This document shows, piece by piece, positions 12,991 to 27,227 of a stretch of 64,000 nucleotides of DNA (position 1 is its first letter; every line of letters starts with the position of its first letter). Under the pieces are notes generated by a model. The model was not told the DNA's origin, did no database searches, and saw only the letters and a list, made by a program, of their open reading frames with translations. The position numbers were made by a program, and so were the translations under genes. Source of the stretch: Octopus vulgaris (taxonomy: Eukaryota); NCBI GenBank assembly GCA_951406725.2, contig OX597839.1, positions 39,184,001 to 39,248,000 of the forward strand, written 5' to 3'.

Positions 12991-13378
12991 CAACGGTATT
13001 ACGAATAAGCAATTTCAAATAAAAAAACTCTAAAACAAAGAAGTCAAAACTCAAAAACTACAGACTAAAAGCAAAAAAAAAAAAAAAAAAAAAAAAATTA
13101 AAAAATGGCATCCGAATTGAATTACAAAACAAAAATAAAAACAAACAAAAAAGCTCCAAACAAACAAAAACAAAAATAAAATAAAATGAATAATCAAAGT
13201 AAAAAAAAAAAAACGAATTCTTTACGCCAAACCCAATAAATTTTGATGAAATTCAAATAGACATTTTGGGTTCTTTCATTTAATATAGCAGACATGATCC
13301 CTGAATGGAATCGTTTGTCACGGTGCGTTTGGTAAGAATCCTTTACTTCTAACTCCCTCTTTACTATCTCCCCTTCTT

Positions 13379-13417
<39 letters not shown>

Positions 13418-14379
13418 TTCATTCATTGATTTTGTTTTGTTTTTTAATAAGAAACCCTTCACGTTGTTTGCACAGTTTTATTATACGGTTTTATAGGGGT
13501 TTTTTTTTTCCTCTGCAAATAACGTCTCTGAGTTTTGGTTTCGTTTTTACGATGCTGTGTAGAAATCGGTGGAAAGCATCCCGACTGCAATAGCAACAAC
13601 AACAACAATGATAGCAACAGTAACAATATCGGCAATTGCTTCAAAAGCAACAACGATAACAGCAAGTGCAACACGAACGAGAATGAGAACAACAATAGCA
13701 ATTTGAATGATAGCTGCAGCAACAGATGCAGCGGCAGGAATAAAATGTGCAACAAGAGTAGTGAGACTAAATGTGATCGCTGAGGTAGAAATAACAGCTA
13801 AATCTGCCTCGAATCACGCGCTGCCGTTTTAATGATGAAGAGCAATTTGCACAAGGCAGTCCTAATGACGAGATAGTCCTGGCTGGAATATTATTGACCA
13901 GAGGTCAGCAAGAAGAGTACAGACATATGACAAACGACAACAGCATTGGCAACAAGCCAACGAGGAAGCATCTACATTGACATTCAAAATAGTAGAAATA
14001 ACAGCCAAATCTCCCTCAGGTCACAGGTAAAACATCTTTAAAACGAAGACACAAGCCGTGCATATATGTGTGTGTATCACGCACATACACACACTTTGGC
14101 TTACGGCGTTCTTGCTTTTATAACTATCCAAAACCAACCAGAAGGATAGACACATTGATGAGAACCACCACCGTCATCTAATAAAGTCATTCGGTATGCT
14201 AGAAACAATAGCTAAATTTCGCTCTAATTGCATGCAGCCTACTGTTTTGGGTAATGGGGAGCTAGGCTTCTTTCATTGGGCAAAAGGTTAAGATAGTCAT
14301 GGCTGAATTGCATTTGATATTTGAATAGTTTAACCTGGGTTGACCTAAGAGGCGGTAGGGTGTAACAACAGAACCTTAC

Positions 14380-15260
14380 CTCTACTACGACCTATACTCC
14401 ACCACAACCAGCACGCAACGAAGCCACTAACAACAACAACAGCGTCTCTAATGGTACCAACTTTACCATCAACACTGCAACCAACACCAATACCCCCAAA
14501 GCCATGCCCACTTTCATCAACACAACGACTACCAACACCAACAATACCGCAACCATCAACACCAACGACAGCAATAACACCAAGACCAACTATACTGCTT
14601 TCAACATCGGCAAAAAGAAAAAAAAGCAAGATCACCACATACAAAACAAGACTACCAACTACCACCGCCACCACCACCATTAAGAACAACAGCAACTCTA
14701 CCACTAATACTAGCACCGACGACCAAATGGTAAATAAAACCCCAGTATCACTATCAGTCTTGGGAACACCTCCACCACTACCACCATCACCAGTAATACT
14801 AATATCACTACCAACCACTATCATCACCACTGCCAAAAGAGCAATGAAAACCCAACAAACTCATCAACTGCAACACCACTCCACCATCATTTCCACCACC
14901 ACCAACACCACACCACTACCACCACCACCACCACCACCACCACCACTACCAGCAGCAACACCACCGCCACAATTACCAACAACTTTAGCACAAAAGCCGC
15001 CAAAAGGAGCCGCAGCAGTAGCGTCTCCACTACCACCATAACTCACCCCACCACACCGCCACTTTCGCCACCACTACTACCATCCCTACCACAATCGCCA
15101 TATACCTGTAACTGCCAACACCATCACCACCACCACCACCACCACCACCATTTTCATCTCTACTTTCAAAATCGCTATCATCATCAATATCAACACTATA
15201 GCAAGAACCACCAGCGCCATAACACCCTAACACCACCCACCACCACCACCACCACCATCA
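14380..15260. repeat. Degenerate (ACC)n/(AAC)n low-complexity region
   Basis: C/A-rich trinucleotide periodicity. Confidence 0.85.
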
Positions 15261-15468
15261 TTGAAGTCTACACTGCAGCAGACATATTGACCCAGTGTCC
15301 CTGTTTTGTCAATCCTTCACTGAAATCGAACTCGAGGTCTCGGTAAGGTTAAAAGGATTTCATATCTGATCGAACGATTTCATTAGCCAAAGAGCTTCAT
15401 GGAAATACGTGATTTCATACATAAATACGTTAACACACACACACGTGTGTGTGTTTGCTTGTGTATGC

Positions 15469-15518
<50 letters not shown>

Positions 15519-15922
15519 ACATAAACATATATACATACATTCACACACATATATATACACACATACATACATACATATATACACACACACAAACACACAT
15601 ACATACAATAATATATATATAAACATATATATATATATATACATACATATACCTACATAAACATATATATACATTCACACACATATATATACACACACAC
15701 ATACAATAATATATATGTATACATATATACATACATTCACACACATATATATACACATACATACAATAATGTATATATATACATATATATATATATATAT
15801 ACATATACCTACATAAACATATATACATACATTCACATACATATATATACACACATACATACATATATACACACACACAAACACACATACATACACACAC
15901 ACAAACACACATACATACAATA

Positions 15923-15981
<59 letters not shown>

Positions 15982-16671
15982 TATGTATTTATGTATGTTT
16001 ATAAATATTTCACAAAGCAGACATAATAGTTTACAAGCGACTCATTTTCTGTTTTGATTTTATAGAAATCTGTCTGTATTACAACATAAATTTTCAACAT
16101 GGCACCGCGCCAGTTTGCCGAAATATTTGGATAACGTAGATTACGTATATATATACATTTCGTTCGGTGTCTCGTCAGATTCTGTCGCGCCAGAGACTAA
16201 CTGTTCCTTAGTTTTAAAAATACAAAACCACCACAAAAACAACGGTATGGATTCCCGATATGAAGCCTTGTCTATCATGTCTTAAGTTAACATTGATTTC
16301 GCAATAAACGATCGACGATAATCGTGTGGTTTCACCACATAGTTTGTGGTGAACGCATTTCATTTAGAAAAAATATGAAAAGAATATATATATTTGTATT
16401 TTGTGGTGCTGTTTCGTATCTTCCCCAGCCTCACAACAATTTAAATGCGAGTTTTGAATTTATCTTAAATTCATTACACATATATGCATATACAAAAACG
16501 CAAAACGTACATATTTGTCCATGCACTAACCTCAAATACTTAAAGACATATCCACATACATGCACAACTACCCTGTTGATGCTCTTAAAATTCCGATTAT
16601 GGAGCCTTGGATCTAGGTTACAAATCAGCTCTTTCTGCATTGGCAAGAAATCTAGAAAACTAAATAATAAT

Positions 16672-16708
<37 letters not shown>

Positions 16709-16716
16709 CATACATA

Positions 16717-17123
16717 GGCGCAGGAGCGATTGTGTGGTAAGTAGCTTGCTTACCAACCACATGGTTCTGGGTTCATTCCCACTGCGTGGCACCTTGGGCA
16801 AGTGTCTTCTACTATAGCCTCGGGCCGACCAAAGCCTTGTGAGTAGATTTGGTAGACGGAAACTGAAAGAAGCCCGTCGTGAATATGTGTATATATATAT
16901 GTATGTGTGTATATATGTTTGTGGGTCTTTGTCCACCAACATCGCTTGACAACCGATGGTAGTGTGTTTACGTCCCCGTAACTTAGCAGTTCGGCAAAAG
17001 AGACCGATAGAATAAGTACTAGGCATCCAAAGAATAAATCCTGGGGTCGATTTGCTCGACTAAAAGTCGGTGCTCCAGCATGGCCGCAGTCAAATGACTG
17101 AAACAAATAAAAGAGTAAAAGAG
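16717..17123 (+). mobile_element. SINE-B, full length
   Basis: Matches family B from head to the (AAAGAGT) tail. Confidence 0.92.
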
Positions 17124-17574
17124 TATATGCACGGATTACAGTGAATGTGTTTCATATAGGAAAATAAAGAATATACCATATTTTGTGGTGCTGTTTCGCT
17201 TTCCTCCCAGGCATGAAATAAATTTAAATGTGATTGTTTAATTTATGTTAAAATATTCAAAGGAAATACATAAACATGTCCTATATCTATGTGTGTGTGT
17301 GTGTATGTTATGTGTATTGCGTTTGCGTGTATGCGTATGTGTATGTGACTCTTTGTCAATCCCACCTCGCTGCTTAACTACCGTTGGTTCTTTTATGTAC
17401 CCGTAGTTTAACGGTTCGGTAAAACAGATCGATAGAATGGTATCAGACTTTAAAACAAAATACATAAATACTAGGGCCGATTTATTCGATTAAAATCTTT
17501 CAAGGCAGGGCACCAGTTTGGCCGCAATGCAATGATTGGAACAAGTAACAAATAAAGGATATTGATAAAATGAA

Positions 17575-18190
17575 ACCTTGTTTTTCGGCAATAAACTGCA
17601 ATAAGCTATTCAACTGGCGAAATACTAAGGCGAGTAACATTTGCCTCGTCAATATCATTCCGTGCAGAAACCACACATAATAACTATGCATTCAGTAAAC
17701 GACAAAGGACCTAGTAACAAAATTAATATAGTGTCATCTGTGACCTTTGATAAGAAAGACAATAATCAAGATAACCGGGTAGTAACTGCAAAATTGGCAT
17801 TTCAAAACTATAAATGGAATAACGGAACGGTAGTATACGAAACTGAACTAGATTCTGACATTCTAGGCCGGATGTGCAACAAATCATACATATGTATGTA
17901 CGAGGTACCATATGGACGACCCTACGCGAATGTCAAATCTACCTTTAAACATACAAGTAAAAGGAAAGCTACAGCATTATCGACTTATGTATTGTAATGA
18001 AAGGAAATAGATATTAACTTTCAAATCTCATCACCCATATAAGCCTGCAGAAACAAATATATAAACAGAGCGTTTTAGAGTAAGATTTTTCAAGAGAGAG
18101 AAATTTGAAACATTAACTAAAACAAAAGGTATTCTTAATAGAAGTACCGAGTCAGTCGGTAACAGTCGCCATAAAAACAAGTTTTACGCT
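17575..18190 (+). mobile_element. Decayed Penelope-like element, RT C-terminus and GIY-YIG endonuclease region
   Basis: Translated pieces NKLFNWRNTKASNICLVNI, GTVVYE, KSYICMYE...YANVKSTFKHTSKRKATALSTYV and ILNRSTESVGNSRHKNKF. They parallel the Penelope/Neptune pattern HKLFNRN.VK.SYSC..N, VIY, YIG.TE..FK.RY.NHK..F...KR..T.LS.Y.W and LLN.RSE....CRH.NKF. Confidence 0.72.
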
Positions 18191-18779
18191 CCCAGCATAC
18201 CGAATACTCAAACCAGATTAATCATTACTCATTTGTACAATAATCAACTAACAACTCGAATAAAGTTAACTGGAGGCCCACGGCACATCCTGGTGCTATT
18301 GCTGCAGAATGCATTTGGATCGACGTTCCTGTCACAATTCAACAGCGTTTAGTAATTCACTTGGGACATGAAACTACAAGTAACGAGATATAAATTGGTC
18401 TCAACTAATATTTAAAATAAATTAAACTCGTTCGAATTCTTAGAGTTCTCTTTGTGCATAAAGATCTTTCCTGAATGCATTTACTTGCAAGTACAATATC
18501 GGGGACAATAGGAAATTCACACACTCACACACATACACAGAGATAGATATACTTACACATACTTGCACATACCATACATATAGACGCGCCATATATAGTG
18601 TGTACGTATGTATACATACATACAACGTACGCATATATCTGTATGTGTACAGGTATACATATGTGTGTATATAAATCTCTCTCCTCCTCTTTTATACATT
18701 ATATATATATATATGTGTGTGTGTGTATGTGTGTGTGTAAATAATCAAATATACATATCAAATACATATCGTATATGTA

Positions 18780-19187
<408 letters not shown>

Positions 19188-19563
19188 GAGTTGTACGCAA
19201 AGCACTCCTGCTTGCAGAAGAACTAGTGGAACTATATCAATAAATGAAGCAGTGTATGTAAATGAAGATGGTATTGGCGGGTGGTGGTGGTGGTGGTGGT
19301 ATTCCAGCTGCTGCTGATGTTGAGAATAACGAGGTCAAAATGAATGAAAATTGATTGATTTTGTCTAATATATATATATATATATATATGTACATATATA
19401 TATAACACATTTACATGTGTATGTGAATATTTATATATATATATATATATTCACATACACATGTAAATGTGTTATATATGTACACACACACATTATATAT
19501 ATGCGCGTGTGTGTATAAATTTACGCATCTATACACATAAGTGAGCGTGTGTAATCATATGTT

Positions 19564-19596
<33 letters not shown>

Positions 19597-19600
19597 TTGC

Positions 19601-19645
<45 letters not shown>

Positions 19646-19837
19646 ATATATATATATATATGTATGGATAAATATTATATATACATACCCACATCCATAT
19701 ATACATATATGCATGTATATATATATGTGTAAATATACACTTCCTGCTTCCTTTCAGATCGATATCCTCTGTTAGTAGCAGAGGATTTCATGTAATCGCC
19801 GACATTTTGGTTACTACACATTATAATGATAATAATA

Positions 19838-20067
19838 ATCTTTTCTACTCTAGGCACAAGGCCCGAAATTTTGGAGGAGTAGGGGGGGAGGGCAGTCGAT
19901 TAGATCGAACACAGTACGCAACTGGTACTTAATTTATCGACTCTGAAAAAATGAAAGGCGAAGTCACCTCGGCGGAATTTGAACTCAGAACGTGCCGGCA
20001 GGGGAAATACCGATAAGCATTTTGTCCGGGGCGTGCTAGCGATTCTGCCAAGCTCGCCGCCTTACCC

Positions 20068-20122
<55 letters not shown>

Positions 20123-20325
20123 CAATAATAACGGTTTCAAGTTTTGTCACAAGGCCTGCAATTTAAGGAGGGGGATGTTAAGTCGGTTACATCGACCCCA
20201 GAGCGCAACTGGTACTTATTTTATCGACACCGAAACGATGAAAGGCAAAGTCGATGCCGGCGGAATTCGAACACAGAACGTAAAGACGGACGAAATGCCA
20301 CAAAGCATTCCGTCCGGCGTGCTAA
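19838..20325 (-). mobile_element. Two SINE-A copies with tail type 2 (19838-20066 and 20135-20325) separated by (ATA)n
   Basis: Family A core with the alternative tail CCAAAATTTCGGGCCTTGTGCCTAGAGTAGAAAAG. Confidence 0.85.
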
Positions 20326-20488
20326 TAATATTTGTTATTGATCTTTACGATTTTATTTCCTCTACTGTTGTTCTTGCTGTTATTGTTGTCATTACCGTTC
20401 TTATGCATTCACTCTATGTCCGTCTCTCAACTTAACCTTCCTTGTGTCTCTGCGTAACATATATATATATATATTACGCCTACATATA

Positions 20489-20891
20489 GGCGCAGGAGTG
20501 GCTGTGTGGTAAGTAGCTTGCTTCCCAACCACATGGTTCCAGGTTCAGTCCCACTGTGTGGCACCTTGGGCAAGTGTCTTCTACTATATCCTCGGGCCGA
20601 CCAAAGCCTTGTGAGTGGATTTGGTAGGCGGAAACTGAAAATAAGTCCGTCGTATATATGTATATGTATATATATGTGTGTGTGTGTTTGTGTATCTATG
20701 CTTGTGCTCCCAACATCGCTTGACAACCGATGCTGGTGTGTTTATGTCCCTGTCACTTAGCGGTTCGGCAAAAGAGACCGATAGAATAAGTACTGGGCTT
20801 ACAAAGAATAAGTCGTGAGTCGTGGGGTCGATTTGCTCGACTAAAGGAGGTGCTCTAGCATGGCCGCAGTCAAATGACTGAAACAAGTAAA
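20489..20891 (+). mobile_element. SINE-B, full length
   Basis: Matches family B. Confidence 0.92.
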
Positions 20892-20899
20892 TAGATATA

Positions 20900-20939
<40 letters not shown>

Positions 20940-21539
20940 GAATGGAGTTGAACGGCTAGTTAACAAATATCCTTTATTCGACATCGTTTCGAAGGCTGCA
21001 TATTGTAATTCGAAGGCTGCATTATGCAGATTTCTCATCTTTCTGATGTGAATTTGCTACCCAGGTATCGGATATCTTTCGAATTATCCTTAATAAGATA
21101 ATTCATTCAACTACTCAAATATATATATATATATATATCATATATATATATATATATATATATATGATGTCTTGATAAGTAGCTACAAAGATTGATTACA
21201 AGACTTTGAAATTGCAGTTTCAGCCTAAATGTTCTCGTCGTGATTGTCAAATATCTAGTTGTCTGGATCAGTTCAGAAAGTATGGAAAGATTTGCTATAG
21301 ACAGAAATCAATCATTCTATCTATCAGTTAATCTCTCTATCTGTTTACGTTATATCCTCACTTGACATAAGTTTATGCAAAACGTGAACCGTTCTGATAT
21401 TAATCAAAAGTTAGACCATAAAGACGTGGATTGCAGTAACCCTTCAGATGTATGTATGTATGTATGTATGTATGTATGTATGTATGTATGTATGTATGTA
21501 TGTATGTATGCGAGTGTGTGTTTCTGTATCAGGCGTGAC

Positions 21540-22450
21540 TCTGAGGATAGAAATCTGCTTCCCAACCACATGGTTCCGAGTTCAGTCCCACTGCGTGGCA
21601 CCTTGGGCAAGCGTCTTCTACACTCACCTGGGGCTATCCAAAGCCCTGTGAGTGGGTTTGGTAAGCGGATACTAAAAGAATGCCGTCGTGTGTGTGTGTG
21701 TTTGTGCATGTGGGTTTTCCCTCGCCACCGCTTGACAACCGGCGTTGGTGTATTTACGCCCCTGTAGGTTAGAAGTCCGGCAAAAGGAACCGACAGAATA
21801 AGCATCAAGCTTCACATATGACTCAGGTCAATAAATCCGACTAATGTTCTTCAAAGCGGTGTCCCAGCATGACCATGTCCTTTTATTATTCTGATTGTAT
21901 TTATATTCGTTTAACATTGTCCGTTTTTTCCGTCCTTGTTTTTGTATAATTCGCTGCTTTCTTCCAATGGAACAATCTCAAGAATAATCAGCCGAAATTG
22001 CAAGGATAATCTGGTGCTTAACTGAGGAAAGAAAACTTCGAATGACCCGTCCTTGTTCTCTTTGTATTATATATATATATATATATAGTGGCTGTGTGGT
22101 AAGTAGCTTGTTTACCAACCACATGGTTCCGGGTTCAGTCTTCTACTATAGCCTCGGGCCGACCAAAGCCTTGTGAGTGGATTTGGTAGACGGAAACTGA
22201 AAAGAAGCCTGTCGTATATATGTATATATATATATATGCATGTGTGTGTTTGTGTGTCTGTGTTTGTCCCTCTAGCATTGCTTGACAACCGATGCTGGTG
22301 TGTTTATGTCCCCGTTACTTAGCGGTTCGGCAAAAGAGACCGATAGAATAAGTACTGGGCTTACAAAAGAATAAGTCCCGGGGTCGAGTTGCTCAATTAA
22401 AGGCGGTGCTCCAGCATGGCTGCAGTCAAATGACTGAAACAAGTAAAAGA

Positions 22451-22452
<2 letters not shown>
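21540..22452 (+). mobile_element. Old SINE-B (21540-21875) and young SINE-B (22087-22452) with a short internal deletion
   Basis: The second copy joins GGTTCAGTC directly to TTCTACTATA, a deletion between GTC microhomologies. Confidence 0.85.
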
Positions 22453-22517
<65 letters not shown>

Positions 22518-23287
22518 TGTGTGTGCGTACATATTTATTGAGTTGTTCAGAACAATAAATGACTGGACTGTGTATCCCACAGTCATTATTTTCATCCTGT
22601 CCACATCGTATAATTCTCATTTCGTGAATTTTTGGCTGTATCATTCATCCACTTGGAAACACAATTGCAAACTTAAAACATTGATCTTTGCCTACATTAG
22701 CCTAACATTTCTAATCGTTCGTTCATTCCGTTGTGAACTCTGAAATAATATCAATAATTTCTCACTTAACATTAACTGCGCTAACTCGACAATCCGACAA
22801 TAGTATTCCCTGTAGGCATTATACTGAACTGGTGGAGAATTGTTTTAAAGCTAACTTTCATCAACATATTCGTACATGGCAAGAAACCTGAAAGGAAATT
22901 TCTCACAAGCCTCTCCTAACACATTTGAGTTTGGAAAGAAACAAGGATATATGGTGTTTAAAATCCAGTGGTCGGTCTTCAGACATGCTAATTCATATGT
23001 ACATAGTAGTTTTCGCTGAAACATTCGCTGAAGTTATGTTTAAACGATTAAAATACTGATACTTCAAATTGAGACTGGATTCTTATGTTTATGTAAGGCA
23101 TACTTCGAAGTCAATACTCTTCCGCCGAGTGGATGATTAGACCAGCAAAAAGAACTACGGGATTTTGGAGCACTTTGGACAAGTGTCTTCAACTCTAGAG
23201 CCAAGCTAATGACTGCTTTGTGAGTGAACTTGATACAAAGAAACCCGTAGCGTATATGTGTGTGTGTGTGTGCGCGCGTTTGTATAT

Positions 23288-23480
23288 ATACTCTTTTACT
23301 TGTTTCAGTCATTTGACTGCGGCCATGCTAGAGCACCGCCTTTAGTCGAGCAAATCGACCTCGGGACTTATTCTTTGTAAGCCCAGTACTTATTCTATCG
23401 GTTTCTTTTGCCGTAAACACACCAGCATCGGTTGTCAAGCAATGCTAGGGGAACACAGACACACAAACACATACACACAC
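23288..23480 (-). mobile_element. SINE-B 3' half
   Basis: Tail through the internal microsatellite. Confidence 0.85.
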
Positions 23481-24155
23481 ATACCTATATATGCACATAA
23501 CTATCTTAACTCAGGATGGTCAACATTTGAAAGTTTTTTTTCCTGTCTACTCGATAGTGCTGTCCTGGAAGCAGCGGATAAACATCATCATCATCAACAA
23601 CAACAGAGGTAAAAATAACAAAAGCATCAACAAAACAAAACAACAACAACTACAACAACAAGAATGCCATCAGCAACAATAACAACTAAAATAGACATTT
23701 TTTTGCTGAGTTACCTTAAATATAAAACTGCTACCTAAGATTTTAGTTTTCCAAGCGAAAGATATTTCATACTATGTAACGCGTGATGCAACATGTTTTC
23801 TTAAAAAGCAACCAACCACACACGCATACAAAAGCATATATATACATATATATGCGTGTGCGTGTGTGTGTTAAGACCAAGAAATATAAAGACATTTTAC
23901 AACTGGAAAAAGATTTAAATCAAAACAGCGGAAAATTGTAAGTTGTCGAACAACGAGACACGACAAACAAGAAATAAGGAAGGGCTTGGTCTATAACAAT
24001 CGTATTTAAGTCTCTAAGAGCATCACTTCACTGCCTTAAGTGTGTTTAAGTGTGTAACGCACGCATAAAAGACAGAATTCAACTGCAAACAACAACAACA
24101 GATAGATTTACCACAACAACGACAACAGGAAATGTTATATAATAAACCTTAGCAC

Positions 24156-24187
<32 letters not shown>

Positions 24188-24591
24188 CCACCAGCCACAA
24201 ACAACGAGTAACCGTGCACGTATCCCTGTAACGGGCCTTGCTACTGCTGAGCTATCTTTAATATAAACTGCTGCCTAACTATTTTTCCGTATGGGTTCAC
24301 ACAATACGTTTTCTTAAAAAGCAACGAAAGTATGCGCAAACTAAATAGGAAAGCTAAAAGTGTTAAAACAAAACAAATAATGTGAGATGGAAGTAGGCAG
24401 GAAGTGTGTATTTCTACTTTAGCTATTTTTTAATAAATAAATAAATATATATATTTTTATGTTGTCGACATCTGTGTAACAACATGACGCACAGGTATGG
24501 ATCTGTAGAGGTATATGTATACACAAACACACAGAGATATGCATTTATTTGCAAATACACGTATATACAAGTGCTTATATATATATAAAAG

Positions 24592-24631
<40 letters not shown>

Positions 24632-24722
24632 CAGAATACAGATAATTATTTATTTGAACAGATATTGAACAGAAATATGTAAACAAACAATTGAAACGAG
24701 TTCTTGCGAGCTAACACTCACT

Positions 24723-24759
<37 letters not shown>

Positions 24760-25293
24760 ACACATGCACACACACACACACATGCACAATATACACATAT
24801 GCACACCTTTATAAATTTCTTTCGTTTAACTTTCTCCCCTGATTTAACATTGAAGACATCGTTATATAGCTCTGCTGCTGCGACGAGAGAAATGAAGAAA
24901 ATGGTAAAGTTGCACTAGCACCTTCATCATTATTATCGTCCTCATCGCCACCGCCACTAAAGCAATCATCGCAGCAACCACCACACCACCACCGCCACCA
25001 CCATCATCACCATTATTATTATCACCGGAGTCAACACCACCACCACCACCACCACCATCACCATCAAAAACATCATCCCCACTACTACCATCATCCTTAT
25101 CATCGCCACCACCATCATCACCGTAACCACCACTCTCATCATCATCGGAGTCACCACCACCACCCCACCACCCGTCATCATCGCTACAACCACCACCACC
25201 ATCATCATTACTGCCACAACCATCATCATCGCAACCACCACTATAATCCCATCGTCATCATGATATATTTAATTTACCGTCATTATTATAGTT

Positions 25294-25512
25294 ACTCTTT
25301 TAGTCTTTTACTTGTTTCAGTCATTTGACTGCGGCCATGCTGGAGCACCGCCTTTAATCGAGCAAATCGACCCCAGGACTTATTCTTTGTAAGCCCAGTA
25401 CTTATTCTATCGGTCTCTTTTGCCGAACCGCTAAGTGACGGGGACATAAACACACTAGCATCGGTTGTCAAGCAATGCTATGGGGACAAACACAGACACA
25501 CAAACACACACG

Positions 25513-25563
<51 letters not shown>

Positions 25564-25711
25564 GACGGGCTTCTTTCAGTTTCCGTCCACCAAATCCACT
25601 CACAAGGCTTTGGTCGGCAAAGACAGTTGCCCAAGGTGCCACGCAGTGGGACTGAACCCGGAACCATGTGGTTGGTAAACAAGCTACTTACCACACAGCC
25701 ACTTCCTCGCC
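25294..25711 (-). mobile_element. SINE-B, near full length
   Basis: Matches family B. Confidence 0.92.
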
Positions 25712-25773
25712 TATATTATAATCTTTTATAATAATAATTTATTCTATTCTCATTATTATTACTATTCTCATTA

Positions 25774-26284
25774 TCTATATATATAAAACTGTAGTTGTGT
25801 GAGTGTCTGTCTCCTTCGATTTAGATTCCTAACTACTCCCTCATTTTGCGGTGCAGTTTAACCAAATTCGGGTATCTTATAGTCGTGATTCATATCGAGC
25901 CCGTCTGAGTATTAGCGCGCGTCTACGATGAGTCTACGATTTTAAAAATAATTTAACATCATTTTTTATTCCATTTTAATGCATAATTTTTCGTGTGTCG
26001 ATGGCGGCGGAGTTGGCGTCCATGGTCACACCTGCACCTGTTTGTTCTCCCCTTCTTCCCTCCCTCGTGAAGCTGTGGGGAAGGGAGTGTAAGGAAATCA
26101 ACGTCGTAAAGCGTTGTCAAGGAGACCAGCGTTCTTTTAGAACAACGACTTCGTGGCTTGAAGACACCAAAACAGAAATGGCTAAGAAAGCCCGAATTGG
26201 CACCTATAAGGGAAGTAACTCTCTAAAAATGCTTATATAGTTATTTCCCTTACAAACCCGAACAACGCCGGGCGATACTGCTAG
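25774..26284 (+). mobile_element. Non-autonomous Helitron, second subfamily
   Basis: 5' TCTATATATATAAAA, 3' hairpin CCCGAACAACGCCGGG then CTAG, inserted at A|T. The last ~68 bp are nearly identical to the 8308-8691 element. Confidence 0.88.
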
Positions 26285-26533
26285 TTATTATTATTATTAT
26301 TATTGCCAAGGAAACACAGTTGACTAGCTTTTGGCGTCTGGTTAAAAGGATTTTTTTTTTTTTAGTGTTGCAGCGCCACAGGGAATGGCATAAGTTCTCA
26401 ATTATTACTTTAGATTTTCCCCACTAAGATCGATCATGATGCCACCACCACCCTACCCACCCCTTCCACATCACTTGTCTCCACCCCCACCCCCACACTT
26501 CCCTATCCTTCTGCTCACAACAGCTAAATAATA

Positions 26534-26569
<36 letters not shown>

Positions 26570-26930
26570 CTCGCCTGTCATGGTTTGAGATGCAGAGATT
26601 TTGATTTTCGTTACTGTTGCTGCTGTTATTACCGTTGTTATTGTTGTTGTTGTTGTTGTTGCTGTTCCTGTTTTTGCTGTCTTTTTTATATCTATGCTTT
26701 TATATTTGTATATTTGTTCGATTGTTTAACCTGTTTCTTTTTTTTTTATTATATATTTTATTTTTAGTTTTAACGTTACATTTTTGTTGCCTTTTTTATT
26801 CACATTTTTAATTGATTTAATTTACATATAGGTATATATAAATTAAAATTATATGTATATATATATATATATATATACAAATTATATGTATATTTGATAC
26901 TCACTAGCTAACATCGGCTGTTGATAAAAG

Positions 26931-26954
<24 letters not shown>

Positions 26955-26961
<7 letters not shown>

Positions 26962-27210
26962 ACCACGAGACCGACCAGGCTATCAGATGTTGTTATACAT
27001 CGCTGGTCACAATGTGCTTCGCATTGTTTTAGCCTTCGAATAACGCCACCCTGCTGGCTAAGTGAGCAAGCTAACCGAAGAAAGAGTGAGAGAAAGAGTG
27101 GTGAAAGAGTACAGCAGGGATCACCACCCCCTGCCGGAGCCTCGTGGAGCTTTTAGGTGTTTTCGCTCAATAAACACACACAACGCCCGGTCTGGGAATT
27201 GAAACCGCGA
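26955..27210 (-). mobile_element. SINE-C with tail type 2, 5'-truncated, in (TA)n
   Basis: Shares the C core (GCTCCACGAGGCTCCGGCAGGGG) but ends CATCTGATAGCCTGGTCGGTC. Confidence 0.85.
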
Positions 27211-27227
27211 TATATATATATATATTC

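Noticed and set aside
12668-13783. Poly-Asp/His/Met and Asn-rich ORFs
   Set aside because: Degenerate trinucleotide repeats.
13785-14340. Three copies of TAGAAATAACAGC.AAATCT.CCTC, and a separate short repeat shared by 16571-16640 and 35690-35780
   Set aside because: Probably fragments of old interspersed repeats; boundaries and class cannot be defined by eye.
14451-15041. 196-aa Pro/Thr-rich mucin- or formin-like ORF
   Set aside because: Lies in degenerate (ACC)/(AAC) repeats that are stop-poor by composition; I see no domain or clear splice context.
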